Shown here: positions 10,397-20,574 of the stretch, one piece after another
Layout of the letters: every line of letters starts with the position of its first letter
Position numbering within the stretch: position 1 is the stretch's first letter
From: Crocinitomicaceae bacterium
GTDB taxonomy: Bacteria; Bacteroidota; Bacteroidia; Flavobacteriales_D; Crocinitomicaceae
Direction of reading: 5' to 3'
DNA: 64,000 nucleotides
Assembly (NCBI GenBank): GCA_044361115.1
Contig: JBIKJH010000001.1
Location: 228,593-292,592 of the forward strand
Notes under the pieces: model-generated
The model's database searches: none
What the model was told of the DNA's origin: nothing
Seen by the model: the letters and a program-made list of their open reading frames with translations, nothing else
Translations under genes and position numbers: made by a program

Positions 10397-12661
10397 ATGA
10401 AATACATATACATTCTCTTCGTCCTGTTTCCTTTTCTAAACGTTGCACAATTGAACGAAGGATTGTCTGCAGAAGAACGTGCGTATTTGTTTCACATTGT
10501 AAAGAAAAGTCCGATTTTGGATAATTCAATTGGACGCTATTTCGATTATCAAGGGCCAGCTATTCGCTTCTATAACAAAGAAATCAACTATGATTCAGTA
10601 GAAATCATCATCATGAATAATCCTGCATCGTTGATTATTCGAAACGAAGAAATTGCGAAATCTCCAAAGGGAATTATTTCTGAAGCGGCCAATAAAATGG
10701 CGATTTGGGAATTAAATAAAGTGTTGTTGGCAAAGCGCGGAAGTGACAAAGAACTTGAACCTTACCAAGGGAAGTATGCTGAATTCGAGCAAATGCTCAT
10801 TGCTGTACTTCCGCCAAATGCGTTAAAAGCCAAAGGCGAATCCCTTGAACCTCATCCGAAAGTTATCTCGGTAATTAACCCAAGTTTATCCTTAGATGAT
10901 CGCACGGCCTTAATCGAAACTTTGCGCTTTTTGGATGCTAACGATCGATTGGTGACACTGAATGCAATCAATGAAACGATAAATCAATACGTTGAAAAAC
11001 GGACAGAAGAGATTTACCGGGCAATGGGTGGAGAAGCAATTGTCTTTCAAAACGTGCTAGTTGCTGCAGGCGATGGAAGCGCTACTTCTGGTTTATTGGA
11101 AGAACGTGAAAAAGATGAAAAAGGTCGCTGGAACAAAGGTCTACCAAAAGCGATTGGTTTGTTTCCTTATCAATTAAAACTGTCAACACCTGTACCTAAA
11201 AAAGAACAACAAATTGAGTCTGCCCTATTTACAATCAGTGATTTTGAAACAATAGGTGACAATCGTTTAACCAATCTGCACTTCGATGTTTGGGGCTACA
11301 ATTCTAAAAAGCAAACAACCGTTGTTGTTGAGAAAAATGGTTTGAGTTATCATTTATTTGGTGCTGGAGACACCCGTTTTCTATCGCCTGATTCGTCTTT
11401 CTCGGAAGGAACAACCTTTTATTCCATCATCGCCGATATGGAATTCAATAAAATTGCCAAGTTGTATGAAATGATTTACGGCAAAAAAGGATTTGATTAT
11501 TGGATTGAATACAATAAGAAGAAAAAAGATGAAACTGAACTTGAAATTGAAAAAGGTGAGCATAGTTATACGGATATGACTCAATCAACCATTACGACAA
11601 GTAATAAAGCGCCAAGAGATGTGAAAAAAGCCAAGAAAAAAGCGCGTAAAACACCCTATGGAGGAGGCCCCGTTGACTATCAACCAACAACAGATTCAAA
11701 TAAAAAAGACCGCCGTAAAAAACAACAAACAATTGTCGATTTGTACAACTTGTTTGACGAATACGGTCGTAAAATCAAAGAATTAGAAAAACAAAAACAA
11801 GAAGCAATTGATCTGATGGCTATCTACCAACAGCGTTTGGATGTATTCAAATCGATGATGGGCTATCGCTGGGCGAGTTACACCGAACAAGACGGCATAT
11901 ACACCTTTGAAGATTCTACAACCTTCGATATGCTGACGCAAGAATTTCAATTTCCTGCCTCTGCTAAAAAAGAAGCCTTTGAAGTTCGTCTGATTGCCAT
12001 TCCTGAATCATGCTTATCGAAGCAAGCAGATGAAGTGATGTTGCACATTAACATGACTGACGCTGAACCAAACTACAATGCACGCATTCAAATTGAATTG
12101 CAAGATGTTTTTGCCTCTGATGCGTTTAATTTAGACAGAAAGTTGTTCACCCAAAAAGACAGTGTAGCGCTTTTGCAATTCTTTGAAGGAATGTTAGACA
12201 AAAAAGTACCGTTCTCCATCATTGCTCGAGGACAAGGAATCGGCGAGTGGAATGGCTGTAGAACAGTGAAATGTAACAATCCTGTTGAATTAAATGCCTA
12301 CCCATCAAGTAGAAATGATTCAACGTTTTTGCGCTTAAGACGCTCGGAATTGTTTGTGCATTTAGATCGTCAAATTCGCATGGAAGTGAATTCTTACACC
12401 GATCCAGTTGCTTCCAACTTGCAAATTTCAGATGTTGACTTGCAATCCTTAGTGGCGAAATACAAATTATCGAAAAACGACATTTTAAGTGTAATGCGCA
12501 CAGCAACAATTCTTAACAAATTGAAAGACGAAGTCAATGTCTACGCTGGCACCTATTTATCGCGCGAAAATGCTAAAATTGTCATTGATCGTTTCAACAA
12601 AGAATGGGCGAAGACAAAAATTGCCGTTGGAGCAACTTCTGTCAAATTAATTGATTTGTGA
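10397..12661 (+). CDS. large secreted hypothetical protein with a Lys-rich central segment
   Basis: The ATG at 10397 gives the signal peptide MKYIYILFVLFPFLNVAQ. I recognised no domain. There is a basic, coiled central region (KKAKKKARK...KELEKQKQEAIDL). Confidence 0.75.
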   Translation: MKYIYILFVLFPFLNVAQLNEGLSAEERAYLFHIVKKSPILDNSIGRYFDYQGPAIRFYNKEINYDSVEIIIMNNPASLIIRNEEIAKSPKGIISEAANKMAIWELNKVLLAKRGSDKELEPYQGKYAEFEQMLIAVLPPNALKAKGESLEPHPKVISVINPSLSLDDRTALIETLRFLDANDRLVTLNAINETINQYVEKRTEEIYRAMGGEAIVFQNVLVAAGDGSATSGLLEEREKDEKGRWNKGLPKAIGLFPYQLKLSTPVPKKEQQIESALFTISDFETIGDNRLTNLHFDVWGYNSKKQTTVVVEKNGLSYHLFGAGDTRFLSPDSSFSEGTTFYSIIADMEFNKIAKLYEMIYGKKGFDYWIEYNKKKKDETELEIEKGEHSYTDMTQSTITTSNKAPRDVKKAKKKARKTPYGGGPVDYQPTTDSNKKDRRKKQQTIVDLYNLFDEYGRKIKELEKQKQEAIDLMAIYQQRLDVFKSMMGYRWASYTEQDGIYTFEDSTTFDMLTQEFQFPASAKKEAFEVRLIAIPESCLSKQADEVMLHINMTDAEPNYNARIQIELQDVFASDAFNLDRKLFTQKDSVALLQFFEGMLDKKVPFSIIARGQGIGEWNGCRTVKCNNPVELNAYPSSRNDSTFLRLRRSELFVHLDRQIRMEVNSYTDPVASNLQISDVDLQSLVAKYKLSKNDILSVMRTATILNKLKDEVNVYAGTYLSRENAKIVIDRFNKEWAKTKIAVGATSVKLIDL

Positions 12662-12692
12662 TTTATAATTCGTGATTTGTGATTAGTGACTA
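12651..12692. repeat. GTGATTY heptamer array (about 6 units)
   Basis: ttgattt gtgattt ataattc gtgattt gtgatta gtgacta, spanning the stop codon of the upstream CDS. Confidence 0.7.
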
Positions 12693-12767
12693 GGAATTTA
12701 AGAACAAAACTATTTTTTTGAATTGAAGTTTAATGCAATTCATCAATTACAAATCATGAATCCTGAA

Positions 12768-14201
12768 TTACGAATCTCCGAAGAAGTCTTCCGTAAAGTT
12801 TACCAAATACAATTTCTCAGTGGCACGCGTTACAGCTGTATATAACCAACGATGGTATTCCTTGTTTATTGATTCTGGTTCTATGTAGCCTTGATCGATG
12901 AACACTTGTTCCCATTGTCCACCTTGTGATTTGTGACAGGTGATGGCATAGGCATATTTCACTTGAAGCGCATTGAAATAGGGATTTTTTAAAATCAGTT
13001 CATACCGTTTCTTTTTGTTGCGTTCATGCTGATAATCTTGCTCAATGGCAAAAAACAACTCTTTTAAACGACTTCGCGAAATCGATGGAGCTTCCACTTG
13101 CAGGGCTTCCATAAACACCAAAACTTCCAGTTCTGCTAGCTCTTCATAGTCAATGAATTTAACGATTACACGCGCAAATTCAAAACCATATAGTTCTTCA
13201 ACGTTTTTAACGCGTAAGACTTTCAGCGCTTCACCATTGGCGATGAAACCCATTTTCGATTGATCATCAATCCAATAATAATTGTTCTTCACAACCATTA
13301 AACAATCGCCTGCACACAAGGCTTCTTCGTACCACAACAAGCGCGAGCGAATCTGATTGTTATAGGCATTTGCGCGTTTATTTGAACGCGTTATGATAAT
13401 CGTTTCTTCTGCCCCGCTGAATGAATATGCTGCTTCCAAAGCATCCTGAAATTCATCTCCTGGTAAACGTACAAAATCTGTATAACCTTTTGTCTGAAAT
13501 TGAGGATGGTCGTCATCGTCTAAGGAACGTAATTCTGTTGCATTGGCTAATATTCCTGATTCATTTGCTTGTCGCAACACTTCAGTCAAGGAAAATTCTG
13601 TGATGTTTAATGCAACATAATTGTTCTTCAAAAAATTGGCATCCAAAGCTGGTGAATAGTCACAACCAACAGGTGGTAACTGACCTTCATCACCGAGTAG
13701 AATCAAACGGCAATTCTTTCCTGAAAAGACATATTCGAACAAATCATCCAATAAATTTCGGTTTGAAATACTTCCATCAGTTAACAATGAATGATCGCCA
13801 ATCATTGATGCTTCATCAACTATAAAAACAGTGTTCGTATGCAGATTTGGTGCGAGCATCATTCCTGAAAACTCATCCACTTTCGAATTACGTCGATAAA
13901 TTTGTTTATGGATTGTAAACGCTTCTTTGGAAGACCGCGCACTCAGCACTTTTGCTGCTCGACCAGTTGGTGCCAATAAACGCGATTTCACTTTAAAATG
14001 CGTTAAGGTCTTCACAAAAGCACCTAAAACAGTCGTTTTTCCCGTTCCAGCATACCCTTTCAACAAAAACAGTGGATGCGACTCTTTCAATTTCATGAAA
14101 CGCTCCAATTCATCTATCAAGTGGCTTTGATCGAATGTTGGTGCATGTTCAAAAAACTGTGTTATTTGCAGTTTGAATATTGAAGATTCAGGATTTTCCA
14201 C
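12768..14201 (-). CDS. RecD/Pif1-like SF1 DNA helicase (AAA_30 / UvrD_C_2 type)
   Basis: Walker A GYAGTGKTT, Walker B FIVDEASM, and C-terminal AITCHKSQGGQW. Confidence 0.88.
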   Translation of the reverse strand: MENPESSIFKLQITQFFEHAPTFDQSHLIDELERFMKLKESHPLFLLKGYAGTGKTTVLGAFVKTLTHFKVKSRLLAPTGRAAKVLSARSSKEAFTIHKQIYRRNSKVDEFSGMMLAPNLHTNTVFIVDEASMIGDHSLLTDGSISNRNLLDDLFEYVFSGKNCRLILLGDEGQLPPVGCDYSPALDANFLKNNYVALNITEFSLTEVLRQANESGILANATELRSLDDDDHPQFQTKGYTDFVRLPGDEFQDALEAAYSFSGAEETIIITRSNKRANAYNNQIRSRLLWYEEALCAGDCLMVVKNNYYWIDDQSKMGFIANGEALKVLRVKNVEELYGFEFARVIVKFIDYEELAELEVLVFMEALQVEAPSISRSRLKELFFAIEQDYQHERNKKKRYELILKNPYFNALQVKYAYAITCHKSQGGQWEQVFIDQGYIEPESINKEYHRWLYTAVTRATEKLYLVNFTEDFFGDS

Positions 14202-14428
14202 AGCTTAAAGGTAAAGAGATTTTACGTGGAACGGAATTAGAATTGATTAGAATTTTCAATTTATGACAGAAATCCCCAATGACAGTAACAGTTACAGCTT
14301 ATTCGCTCAGTCGTTCTGTCTGGTAAGAAATTAAGAATTGAATTTTCATTTGCAACTAGTTGGAAAGCCACAGAAGGGTCAGAACTGAAACCCTTCTATA
14401 AGTCAATAAAATTGGGAGTTATAAGTAA

Positions 14429-14476
14429 CATTGTTAATTTGTAATGTTGTTAATTTGTAATGTTGTTAATTTGCAA
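14429..14476. repeat. three copies of a 16-bp tandem repeat
   Basis: (ca)ttgttaatttgtaa tgttgttaatttgtaa tgttgttaatttgcaa. Confidence 0.8.
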
Positions 14477-15219
14477 CATAACTATCTTGCTATGCTTCAA
14501 AAAATGCAAATCATTCTACAGACTCAAAAAACCGAAACTTTAATTACTTTCAACTAAAAGTATTGAAACATGCTCAAACGCATCAATCTACCTCTGGTAA
14601 CACTGATCATTTTGCAAATGTTTTTTTTTACCCATAGTTTGCACTATTCTTTTTAAGAAGAGCGGACCGGTGGGTGTTTCTTACATGCTTTTGCCTATTT
14701 AAATTCCAGTAAATGCATTACTTATTCAAGCACTTTTGACTTTCAAACGTAAATTCCGCTCTCACCCCGGATTTTTAACAAGAAATATGCTCGGTGTAGC
14801 TTGGATAACTTATTGGACACTTAGAATTTTCGGATGTTTATAACTAACCGATTTTCGATATGAATAATTGAACATAAAGAAAACCACAATTAATACCTAT
14901 CTTACACCAATAAATACTCCACTTTTGAGGATTCTTGCTAAAAGACGGAAAATTCTCACCCATCATCAAGTAACTGTTCATCTTACGCCAGACTCAAAGG
15001 TCACTGCATTCAAAAACATGCACATTTGCATAAAAGCCTATATGCGCATCGACTCTATTGACCTTCAGTAATTTACGCACAGATCTATTCACCAATACCT
15101 AGGAATTATGTAAGAAAGACTTATAAAAATGTAAGCATAATCAAAGGCTAATTATAGACCTTTGACTGAAACCAATGGCAAGACCAACTGAATAATCGAT
15201 TACCGATAAAAATGCACAC

Positions 15220-15975
15220 ATGACCAAAAAAAAATGTTTAGGAATTTGGATGGATCATTCAACTGCCCATTTGATGGAATTTACTTCGAACATTAAAACA
15301 CATGTTTTTTCGAACACTTTTGATCATCAAGAAAAGGTGGTGACACTTAAACTAAGTGAACGAAAAATGCACAATAAAGAACAGCAAGAACAACATGCTT
15401 TTTACGAGGAATTAATAAATCAGTTGAAATTATACGGTGAAATTTTGCTCTTTGGACCAACGGATGCAAAGTTGGAATTACTGAATTTAATCAAATCAGA
15501 TCTTGCCTTCTCAACTATTAAAATCACGGTAAAAAATAGTGATAAAATGACAGAAGCTCAAGAACATGCATTTGTGAAAGAATACTTCACACAAAAAAAC
15601 AAAACAGAATACAAAAATTACATCATGGACAATAAAAAAGAAATAGAGAAAGCAAAAGCACATATCGTAGTTGCGCTTATAGAATACATTCCAAATGCAG
15701 TTGTTTCTAAAACAATCATCAAGAAAACAACGGGGAACATTACAGCTACATCCTTTGACATTGGCGAAGAACTAGGTGAAAAAACCTTACCTTTTGATAC
15801 CTATGTTCAAATCATTGATGGTACAGCCGAAGTTGTGATCAACGACAAACAACTACAATTGAGTTTAGGTGAAGGCATCATTATTCCGGCCCATGCAAAA
15901 CACAGTTTCAATGCAAATGAACAATTCAAAATGCTTACAACTGTTATTAAAAGCGGTTACGAAGACTTAAATTAA
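15220..15975 (+). CDS. two-module protein: an N-terminal module of unknown function fused to a C-terminal cupin barrel
   Basis: The C-terminal ~115 aa (..FDTYVQIIDGTAEVVINDKQLQLSLGEGIIIPAHAKHSF..) looks like cupin_2. The N-terminal ~130 aa (GIWMDHSTAHLMEF...LLFGPTDAKLEL) resembles host-attachment/baeRF-like proteins, recalled from memory only. An internal ATG lies at 15625. Confidence 0.7.
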   Translation: MTKKKCLGIWMDHSTAHLMEFTSNIKTHVFSNTFDHQEKVVTLKLSERKMHNKEQQEQHAFYEELINQLKLYGEILLFGPTDAKLELLNLIKSDLAFSTIKITVKNSDKMTEAQEHAFVKEYFTQKNKTEYKNYIMDNKKEIEKAKAHIVVALIEYIPNAVVSKTIIKKTTGNITATSFDIGEELGEKTLPFDTYVQIIDGTAEVVINDKQLQLSLGEGIIIPAHAKHSFNANEQFKMLTTVIKSGYEDLN

Positions 15976-15980
15976 GAAAC

Positions 15981-16106
15981 ATGGCGAAAGAAAAAGAAGG
16001 AAAGAAAAAGTCAGATAAGACGGCCCCTTTAAAAACAACCAAAGAAAAGAAGGCTGCAAAAACAGCTAAGCGCAATGAAAAAAACGCAAATAGTAGTTTA
16101 GTATAA
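15981..16106 (+). CDS. small Lys-rich basic protein (41 aa), below the ORF-track cutoff
   Basis: MAKEKEGKKKSDKTAPLKTTKEKKAAKTAKRNEKNANSSLV. It is tightly packed between neighbouring genes, 5 nt after the upstream stop. Confidence 0.4.
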   Translation: MAKEKEGKKKSDKTAPLKTTKEKKAAKTAKRNEKNANSSLV

Positions 16107-16117
16107 ATTCAACAGCG

Positions 16118-17209
16118 ATGATAACAGTTAAAAAGGAAGGAATTCTCCTGAGTAAAACAGAACGAGCATTTGAAAATGAAGGAGTATTGAATCCTGCTGT
16201 TATCCGCGTTGGGAATCGAATTTTGGTGTTTTACCGTGCAGTAGAACGAGGAAATTTTTCTACCATTGGTCTGTGTACCTTGCGTAAACCCTTAAAAGTT
16301 GCACACCGAGATAAACAACCCTTATTGTCTCCTGAAGCAGCTTACGAAAAACATGGAATTGAAGACCCGCGAATCGTTTACATTGAAGGAACATATTATT
16401 TGAGCTATACTGCCTATGATGGTATTAACGCACTTGGCGCATTGGCAACCTCAAACGATTTGAAAACGTGGAAACGCCACGGAATTATTGTTCCAATGAT
16501 CAATTTCGAAGAATTTCTAGAACTGAAAGATCCAAAATTCGAAATGAACGAAAAATACGTGCGTTATAACAATTATCAAAAGACACATTTACCAAAGGAT
16601 AACAAAGTATTCCTTTGGGACAAAAACTTGGTTATTTTTCCGCGCAAAATAAATGGTAAATTTTGTTTTTTACACCGCATCAAACCAGACATTCAAATTG
16701 TAGTTTCAGTCAATTCCTTTGAAGAATTAACACCTGAATTTTGGCATGCTTATTTTTCTGATTTCAACAATTACATTGTATTGGAACCAAAATATGAACA
16801 TGAAGCAAGTTACATCGGAAGTGGCTGTCCACCAATTGAAACCAAAGATGGTTGGTTGATTATTTATCATGGTGTTCAAGATAAAATTGATGGCTATGTA
16901 TACTCTGCCTGCGCCGCATTATTAGATTTAAAAAATCCACAAATAGAACTGGCACGTTTACCATATCCCCTATTCTTTCCTGAAAAATCTTGGGAATTAA
17001 AAGGCGAAGTAAACAATGTTTGCTTCCCGACAGGAGCGATAATTGAAGATGAAACGCTTTACATCTATTATGGTGCTGCGGATGAGCGAATTGCTGTCGC
17101 TTCTTTAAATATAAATGAATTGCTCGCAGAACTTACTGCAACCAATATAAATCACTCAAATAATGAACACCTTACTGCAAATTTACCAACCCGAAACCAT
17201 CCCGTTTAA
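16118..17209 (+). CDS. GH130-family glycoside phosphorylase/hydrolase (DUF377-type beta-propeller)
   Basis: GVLNPAVIRVGNRILVFYRAV, IEDPRIV..GTYYLSYTAYDG, WDKNLVIFPRKINGKF, DGWLIIYHGV, LYIYYGAADERIAVAS. Confidence 0.85.
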   Translation: MITVKKEGILLSKTERAFENEGVLNPAVIRVGNRILVFYRAVERGNFSTIGLCTLRKPLKVAHRDKQPLLSPEAAYEKHGIEDPRIVYIEGTYYLSYTAYDGINALGALATSNDLKTWKRHGIIVPMINFEEFLELKDPKFEMNEKYVRYNNYQKTHLPKDNKVFLWDKNLVIFPRKINGKFCFLHRIKPDIQIVVSVNSFEELTPEFWHAYFSDFNNYIVLEPKYEHEASYIGSGCPPIETKDGWLIIYHGVQDKIDGYVYSACAALLDLKNPQIELARLPYPLFFPEKSWELKGEVNNVCFPTGAIIEDETLYIYYGAADERIAVASLNINELLAELTATNINHSNNEHLTANLPTRNHPV

Positions 17210-19463
17210 AACGCAAACAGAAAAATTACTCACAAAAAACCTGCTGCCTTCCACCATTAAAAAAGTTCAACCCTTAGACGTTCTATGCATTACTTCCTTT
17301 CCACCAAGAGAATGCGGAATTGCCACCTACTCACAAGATTTATTGAATGCACTAGCCAATAAATTCGATGATTTTAACTTAACAGTTTGTGCTTTAGAAA
17401 ACAAAAATGAACAACATCACTATACTGAAGCTCCCAACTTTATTTTAAATACGGACACTAAAAATGCGTTCTTAAAACTAGCATTTCAACTCAATAAAAA
17501 TGAAACGTTAAGTGCCGTCATCTTGCAACATGAATTCGGCTTTTTCATTAAGCATGAGAAAGAACTAATCGAGTTTGTAAGAACACTCGAAAAACCCTTA
17601 ATTATCGTTTTCCACACTGTTTTACCGAATCCATCGACCAAATTATTGCAAAACGTCACCACACTAATTGATCAGTCGGATGCAATTGTTGTAATGACCA
17701 ATCATGCCAAAGAAATTTTGCTGAACACTTATTCTGCAGCTCCGCATAAAATAAGTGTGATTCAGCATGGTACACATTTAATTACGTCGGCCAATAAAAA
17801 AGATTTAAAGTTAAAACATAGATTTACTGGTCGAAAAGTCTTGTCTACATTTGGTTTATTAAGTTCCGGAAAAAGTATCGAAACAACCCTAAATGCCTTG
17901 CCTTCTGTTATCGAGAATAATCCATCCGTTTTGTTTTTAATCATCGGAAAAACGCACCCAACAGTGATGAAAGAAGAGGGTGAAAAATACCGTAAATCGC
18001 TTGAAAAGAAAGTAAAATCGTTGAAGCTTGAAAAGAACGTTCAATTCATCAATCAGTATCTTCCATTGAATTTATTATTGGAATATTTGCAGTTGACCGA
18101 TATCTATTTGTTTACATCAAATGATCCAAACCAAGCTGTAAGTGGAACATTTTCGTATGCCATAAGTTGTGGTTGTCCGATTATCTCTACGCCCATTCCT
18201 CACGCCAGTGAAATATTAAGTCCAGAAACAGGTCGACTGATTGATTTTCAAGATTCGAATGCCTTAAGTGTCGCAATAACGGAATTGTTCAATGATACTC
18301 CGATGCGCAATTTAATGAGTTCAAATGCACTTCAAAAAATGGCACCTTGCGCCTGGGAAAATTCGGCTATTTCTCATGCCAGATTAATTCAAAACATTTG
18401 CAATAAACCCCTCAATTTAAACTTTAAAACACCGCCAATTAACTTAAATCATATACGAAAATTAACAACCAATTTTGGTATGATTCAATTTTCTGAACAC
18501 CAGCATCCTGACTTAAATTCTGGCTACACACTTGATGATAATGCGCGCGCGCTAGTTGCAATGTGTATGCATTTTCAATTGACAAAAAATCAATCGGATG
18601 TAAATCTCATTGAAACCTATCTCCATTTCATTGGGCACTGTATGCAGCCGTACGGTACATTTCTCAATTACGTAAACGAATCCTATATTTTTACTGAACA
18701 AAACGAAGAAGTTAATTTGGATGATGCGAATGGACGAGCAATTTGGGCCTTAGGATTTGTAGTCTCTATGCAAAACGATCTTCCACCACGATTTTCAGAG
18801 ATGGCATCTGAATTGATTGAAATGGCTAGTCAACAATTAAGAGAAATTCATTCTCCCAGAGCAATGGCATTTATTATAAAAGGGCTCTATTATGAAAACT
18901 CGGGAAATTACGATTGGTTGATCACGGAATTTGCGAATCGTTTAATACGTATGTATGAACACGAAGCTGATAATGATTGGCATTGGTTTGAAAGTTCAAT
19001 GACGTATGGTAACAGTATCCTTCCAGAAGCATTGTTATGCGCTTGGAGTGTAACAAACATTCCAATTTACAAAGGAATTGCAAAAGTGAGTTTTGGGTTT
19101 TTATTGTCAAAAATAATGCGTGGTTCAAAAGTGAAAGTCATCACTAACAAAGGTTGGTTACACCGTGGTTCTGAAGAAACAAGTTACGTTTTAGGTGGTG
19201 AACAAGCTATTGATGTAGCCTACACGCTCATGGCATTACAAAAATTCTACGATGTTTTTAAACTGGAACATTACAAAGAACAAATGCCAATCGTTTTTTC
19301 ATGGTTTTTGGGAAACAATCACTTGAATCAAATTATGTACAACCCGACTACTGGTGGCTGTTATGACGGCTTAGAAGAAACTGAAATCAACCTCAACCAA
19401 GGTGCGGAATCAACCGTAAGTTATTTATTAGCGCGTTTGACCATGGAGAAGATTACTGAATGA
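17163..19463 (+). CDS. GT4-type glycosyltransferase fused to a large C-terminal domain
   Basis: The N-terminal ~400 aa match the group-1 glycosyltransferase pattern (..FGLLSSGKSIE.., ..SNDPNQAVSGTFSYAISCGCPIISTP..). A C-terminal ~350 aa extension follows. The ORF overlaps the GH130 gene by 47 nt, so the start is uncertain. Confidence 0.8.
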   Translation: MNTLLQIYQPETIPFKTQTEKLLTKNLLPSTIKKVQPLDVLCITSFPPRECGIATYSQDLLNALANKFDDFNLTVCALENKNEQHHYTEAPNFILNTDTKNAFLKLAFQLNKNETLSAVILQHEFGFFIKHEKELIEFVRTLEKPLIIVFHTVLPNPSTKLLQNVTTLIDQSDAIVVMTNHAKEILLNTYSAAPHKISVIQHGTHLITSANKKDLKLKHRFTGRKVLSTFGLLSSGKSIETTLNALPSVIENNPSVLFLIIGKTHPTVMKEEGEKYRKSLEKKVKSLKLEKNVQFINQYLPLNLLLEYLQLTDIYLFTSNDPNQAVSGTFSYAISCGCPIISTPIPHASEILSPETGRLIDFQDSNALSVAITELFNDTPMRNLMSSNALQKMAPCAWENSAISHARLIQNICNKPLNLNFKTPPINLNHIRKLTTNFGMIQFSEHQHPDLNSGYTLDDNARALVAMCMHFQLTKNQSDVNLIETYLHFIGHCMQPYGTFLNYVNESYIFTEQNEEVNLDDANGRAIWALGFVVSMQNDLPPRFSEMASELIEMASQQLREIHSPRAMAFIIKGLYYENSGNYDWLITEFANRLIRMYEHEADNDWHWFESSMTYGNSILPEALLCAWSVTNIPIYKGIAKVSFGFLLSKIMRGSKVKVITNKGWLHRGSEETSYVLGGEQAIDVAYTLMALQKFYDVFKLEHYKEQMPIVFSWFLGNNHLNQIMYNPTTGGCYDGLEETEINLNQGAESTVSYLLARLTMEKITE

Positions 19464-19608
19464 AATTAGCTACCTTGAAACCATTCTTTTGAACTGATGA
19501 TTCCCATTGCAAAAAGAATCTATCCTCCCCAAACAACAAAGATGGCATTGAGATAATAAAGAGATGTAGAAGATTTGTTTTCTTACTCACCTTTTTTGTT
19601 AGGTGTCT

Positions 19609-19690
19609 AAAAAATCATCATTCGATTGATTGAACGAAGCCAGGTCAAAGGAAATGGTTGGCAATTGATTGAATGATGATTTTTTCTTTT
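19609..19690 (+). terminator. long-loop hairpin followed by a T-tract (terminator-like or structured RNA)
   Basis: aaaaatcatcattc ... gaatgatgattttt (a stem of about 13 bp with a loop of about 45 nt), then ttttttcttttt. Confidence 0.35.
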
Positions 19691-19818
19691 TCCAAAACAC
19701 TTTTATCGCTTTTCATTCGATTAATAAATTAATTTTAATCCACTATATCGCCTTTTAAGGACAAAAGTTCTACCAAAAAATCCGTACTTTTAACTTCAAG
19801 TTAAGGAAATCAAAAAAC

Positions 19819-20574
19819 GTGAAACATTTATCCATCGAATTATCCGAAGCAGCGGTGCGCTTTTCTGTTATAGAAAATGATGCTGTAAAAGCCTATGACT
19901 ATATCTTTACGGATAAAAAAGACTATCGCTACAAAGAACAATTGGATGACTTTTTGGTCCAATCAGGATTAAAAAATAGCGATTTTGATGAAACAACGGT
20001 TTCGTGGTCAAACAAGCGATCTTGTATGATCCCAACCAATATTTTTGGAGAAAGTAAACCGGATAGCATTTTGAAATTGTGCTATGGAGAAGATATTCCA
20101 ACGAATCATATTGATTATAATCGAATACCAGAGCATGGAATGGTAAATATTTACGAAATTCCATTGTGGGTCAAATCATTTTTTGTGATTCGCTATCCAC
20201 GTTCAATTATTCAACATGAAGGCTCCCATTTGTTGCGTGGAATTTTTGCAGAAAACACACACAAATTGAAAACTACACTTCTTGTTTACGACCAGTTTGT
20301 ATTAATTACAATTCTGAAAGAAAACAAATTGGAATTCTACAGTGCATTTGATTACAATGAAAATGAAGATATCATTTATCATACGCTGTTTACCCTTCAA
20401 CAAAAAGGTCTCAACACCGAAGTTGGTACCTTACAAATTTATACAGGCGTTGGGTCATCTATCAATCAAATCGAAGAGTTACATTCAAAATTCAGCGCTT
20501 TTGCTGATTTAAAATCATCAACAATCATTGTCAATACAGACTTGATTACTAAATCTCAACAACTGTGCGTATAA
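19819..20574 (+). CDS. hypothetical protein (DUF3822-like; usual upstream neighbour of rsmD in Bacteroidota)
   Basis: GTG start. It overlaps rsmD by 10 nt. The family assignment is from memory of this gene order only. Confidence 0.65.
   Translation: MKHLSIELSEAAVRFSVIENDAVKAYDYIFTDKKDYRYKEQLDDFLVQSGLKNSDFDETTVSWSNKRSCMIPTNIFGESKPDSILKLCYGEDIPTNHIDYNRIPEHGMVNIYEIPLWVKSFFVIRYPRSIIQHEGSHLLRGIFAENTHKLKTTLLVYDQFVLITILKENKLEFYSAFDYNENEDIIYHTLFTLQQKGLNTEVGTLQIYTGVGSSINQIEELHSKFSAFADLKSSTIIVNTDLITKSQQLCV

Noticed and set aside
15085-15110. Possible extra copy of the island palindrome outside the island (caccaatacctaggaattatg), and tcgtaggtgaac at ~23106
   Set aside because: Each has only one half-site-like element, with no partner half at 7-2-7 spacing. 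I did not count them.
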